From: Hemiscyllium ocellatum
Lineage: Eukaryota
DNA: 64,000 bases
Direction: 5' to 3'
NCBI RefSeq assembly: GCF_020745735.1
Contig: NC_083417.1
Span: 72,044,001-72,108,000, forward strand
Shown here: positions 61,375 through 64,000 of the stretch, piece after piece
How the letters are laid out: every line of letters starts with the position of its first letter
How positions within the stretch are numbered: the first letter of the stretch is position 1
Notes under the pieces: model-generated
The model's database searches: none
Seen by the model: only the letters and a program-made list of their open reading frames with translations
What the model was told of the DNA's origin: nothing
Program-made: the position numbers and the translations under genes

Positions 61375-64000
61375 CTGAGGAGAAGTTTGCGGAAACTTTC
61401 GCCACATGTGAATTTTGAAAGAAAAGGTACTGTAAACGCAATAGTATTACATGCTGAGGGTGATCAGTTGCTGCATATCAGGCTGTGTGATCACCGGTGC
61501 CAAGCACAGCAGCTCTTATTCCGACCCGTTCACAGAAATAATCATTCAAGTTCCTCACCTAGAGCATATTCTGCACCCTTGTCCTCAAAGTCATCCTTAA
61601 TAAACGGGGGCCCAGCAAATCAGTGAAAACAAAAGACTTATATATTTGCAAAAATATTTCAGCCAGAAGAGCCAAGTGTATGATCTATCTTGATGTCCTA
61701 CTGTGCTCCACAGTATTACAAATGGCCGTCTTCAGGCAATCCAATACACTTCATGTGCAATCATTAAACAGTTGGAGAGACTGGAGGCTGCAAATACACT
61801 GTGACAGCAGACTTCTGCTCCAGAATTTGCCGCAACCCAAAACAAGCTGTTCTGTATAACCACAACCCAGGCATCTGTGCAAAAATGCAGAAAGGAATTG
61901 ATGTGTGTCCATGTATGCGAATAGTATGATAAACCAAATACTGTCCCAACAATCTAAGACCTGTTGTCTGCTTTTTCCACTCAGCACCAGATTTCGTTAC
62001 AGACTTTACAGGATTCTTTGCAATTTTCCAGGAGCTTCTGGTTTTATTGTAGATTTCCATCATTTGCAGCACTCTGGTTTGTTTTAATCAGACGTTTTGG
62101 AAAAGCATGATATGATTAGACAGAGTCAAAGGGGAGTATTGCGTGAACAATTTTAGTGGGTAGTACCACAACATTTCTTGACGATACAATTGTTAGGACA
62201 GATGAGAGGGAAGTACTGGTTACATTTAGAGAACAAAGAATGCGCTCAGGTTTGACAGGAAAGGTTATTAGAAATAATTTGACTCATGAGATTTGAGATA
62301 ATATATTACTATAGATTGAACATTGGCGATCAGGTAGAAATTGGAAAGGTCAAAGATTTTTATTTTGTGTGATGGGAAGGTAAAGCATTTTCCAATGCAG
62401 GGTCACGAGGATTTGTGCTTGAGACTTAGCAATATATAATCTGTTTCAGTGACCGATATGAGGTTTGGCAAATGTAATTAGTTCAGATGCCCTATAGTAT
62501 GGAAACAGGCCCTTCAGCCCAACAAGTCCACACACACCCTCCGAAGTGTAACTCACCCAAACCTATTCCCCTACCCAAAAATCAACCCTGACTAATGCAC
62601 CTAACATTATGGGCAATTTAGCATGGACAATTCACCTGACCTGCATATCTTTGGATTGTTGGAGGAAACCGGACCACCCGGAGGAAACCCATGCAGACAC
62701 GGGGAGAATTATGCAAACTCCACACAGACAGTTGTCGGGGCAGGAATCGAACGCAGGATCATAACACAGTGAGGCAGCAGTGCCAAACACAGAGCCCCCA
62801 TGCACCGTGAAAAGCTGCTAACATTGCCCAATAACCATTAAAATTATATTATGTAGAATCCCTAGAGTGTAGGAAGAGGCTATTCGGCCCAACAAACCCA
62901 GACCCATTCCCCAGACTAGTTCACTTAACTTGCACGCTCAGCACACTTTGACATGACCAATTCATCTAACATGCCTGTCTTTGAATTTTTGGGGGAAAAC
63001 GGAATGACCGTAAGAAACTTGCGCATAGAATGTGCAAACTCCACAAAGTCAGCCAAAGCAGGTTTCGAAAGCGGGTGGCTTTCCCCAGAGTTGGGGAGTC
63101 TAAAACTCGAGGGCGTTGCATTACGGTGAGAAAGGAAATATTTTAAAAGGACCTAAGGTGGAACCTATTCACGCAGAGAGTGGTGCGTGTATGGAATGTG
63201 CTTCCAGAGGAAGTGGTGGAGATTGGTACAATGACAACATTTAAAAGGCACCTGGGTGGGTTAATGGGTCGGTAGGGTTTATAGTGATATGGGTAAAATA
63301 CTGGCTGATGGGACTTGATTAATGTAGAATTCCTGTACGGCTTGGACAAATTGGACCGTTTCCGTGGTGTACTTAGTGACTCTGAGTGACTCTGAGCTCT
63401 CTATTATTACTTTGTGACTCTGAGCGTACTCATTTTCAATCCGTGTTTTCAGTCAAGACTGTCTCTTGATCGAGGAACCACGCAAGAGCTAGAGCACAGT
63501 TTGTGAAGTGTGACGTTAGATCTTTTGAAGTGATTAAAGTGAATAACGAAAATGTATATAATGCCGAAGGCCTGGGGAAATTTGTTTCACGGTCGTTTAG
63601 GAGACTTAAGGAGGAACCAGAACAAATAATCATTCCAATACAGTAAGCAATCAGGGAATCTGATCACGTGTCAGTTCGGATTAGACATGAATTATAATAT
63701 ACAACTTAAAGAGATTTTACACAATTGTGCAGTACTTCAATCAGATGGCATTCATTGTATTGGTTTCAATTTTGATTTCTTTACGAAAGAAAGCATGCCC
63801 TTGTTTTGAAAACCATACACCAAATGTTTTTTTTTAGATTCACGCATGGTTTCAGAGAATTCTTCTCTGTAGCAAGGTTTACTTCATAACAGCATTAACT
63901 AACTTTAACCAGACGCCATCTCATTGGAAGATGTAAGAATAATCAAATCATAATCTTGGCAGAGTTAATGTAGGAAATCATTGCTATGAGGTATGGTCAA

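Larger units (their letters stand above)
41537..63728. repeat. Tandem segmental duplication, unit copy 3; copy 4 begins at 63729
   Basis: Collinear with copies 1 and 2; 63729-64000 matches the window start and 16274 onward. Confidence 0.95.

Noticed and set aside
61597-61874. GPCR-like snippets (ICWAP resembling TM6 CWxP; IAHEVYW resembling the DRY region) upstream of cassette B
   Set aside because: Spacing is far too short for TM3 to TM6, there is an in-frame stop, and copy 1 is frameshifted; most likely chance.
1-64000. CRISPR arrays, rRNA genes, prokaryotic operons
   Set aside because: None seen; the sequence is intron-containing vertebrate DNA and the repeats are segmental duplications and transposons.

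Overview
Eukaryotic, repeat-rich genomic DNA. The HE1-like V-SINEs, HER1-like CR1 LINEs and Penelope-type repeats suggest a cartilaginous fish (inference). The window is about three copies of a tandem unit of roughly 22 kb (1-16273, 16274-41536, 41537-63728, with a fourth copy starting at 63729). Each unit carries a minus-strand, 7-exon immunoglobulin-superfamily receptor gene: leader, V domain (NKp30-like, with a germline J-like GNGTxLxV motif), C1-set domain, uncharged TM segment, and three cytoplasmic exons with ITIM-type tyrosine motifs reminiscent of SIRP-alpha. Two copies look intact when spliced by hand (17900-25441, 357 aa; 43080-51151, 385 aa). The first copy has lost its leader, V and terminal exons through two deletions. 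Each unit also holds an older duplicated 3' cassette in which the ITIM tyrosine is mutated, preceded by a candidate Lys-containing TM exon. Copy-specific insertions include a full-length CR1 with intact ORF1/ORF2 and a UUUAAAC -1 slippery site, two ~105-bp hammerhead-core elements with TSDs, two SINEs and a solo LTR. Exon calls and alignments were made by eye; no database search was run.
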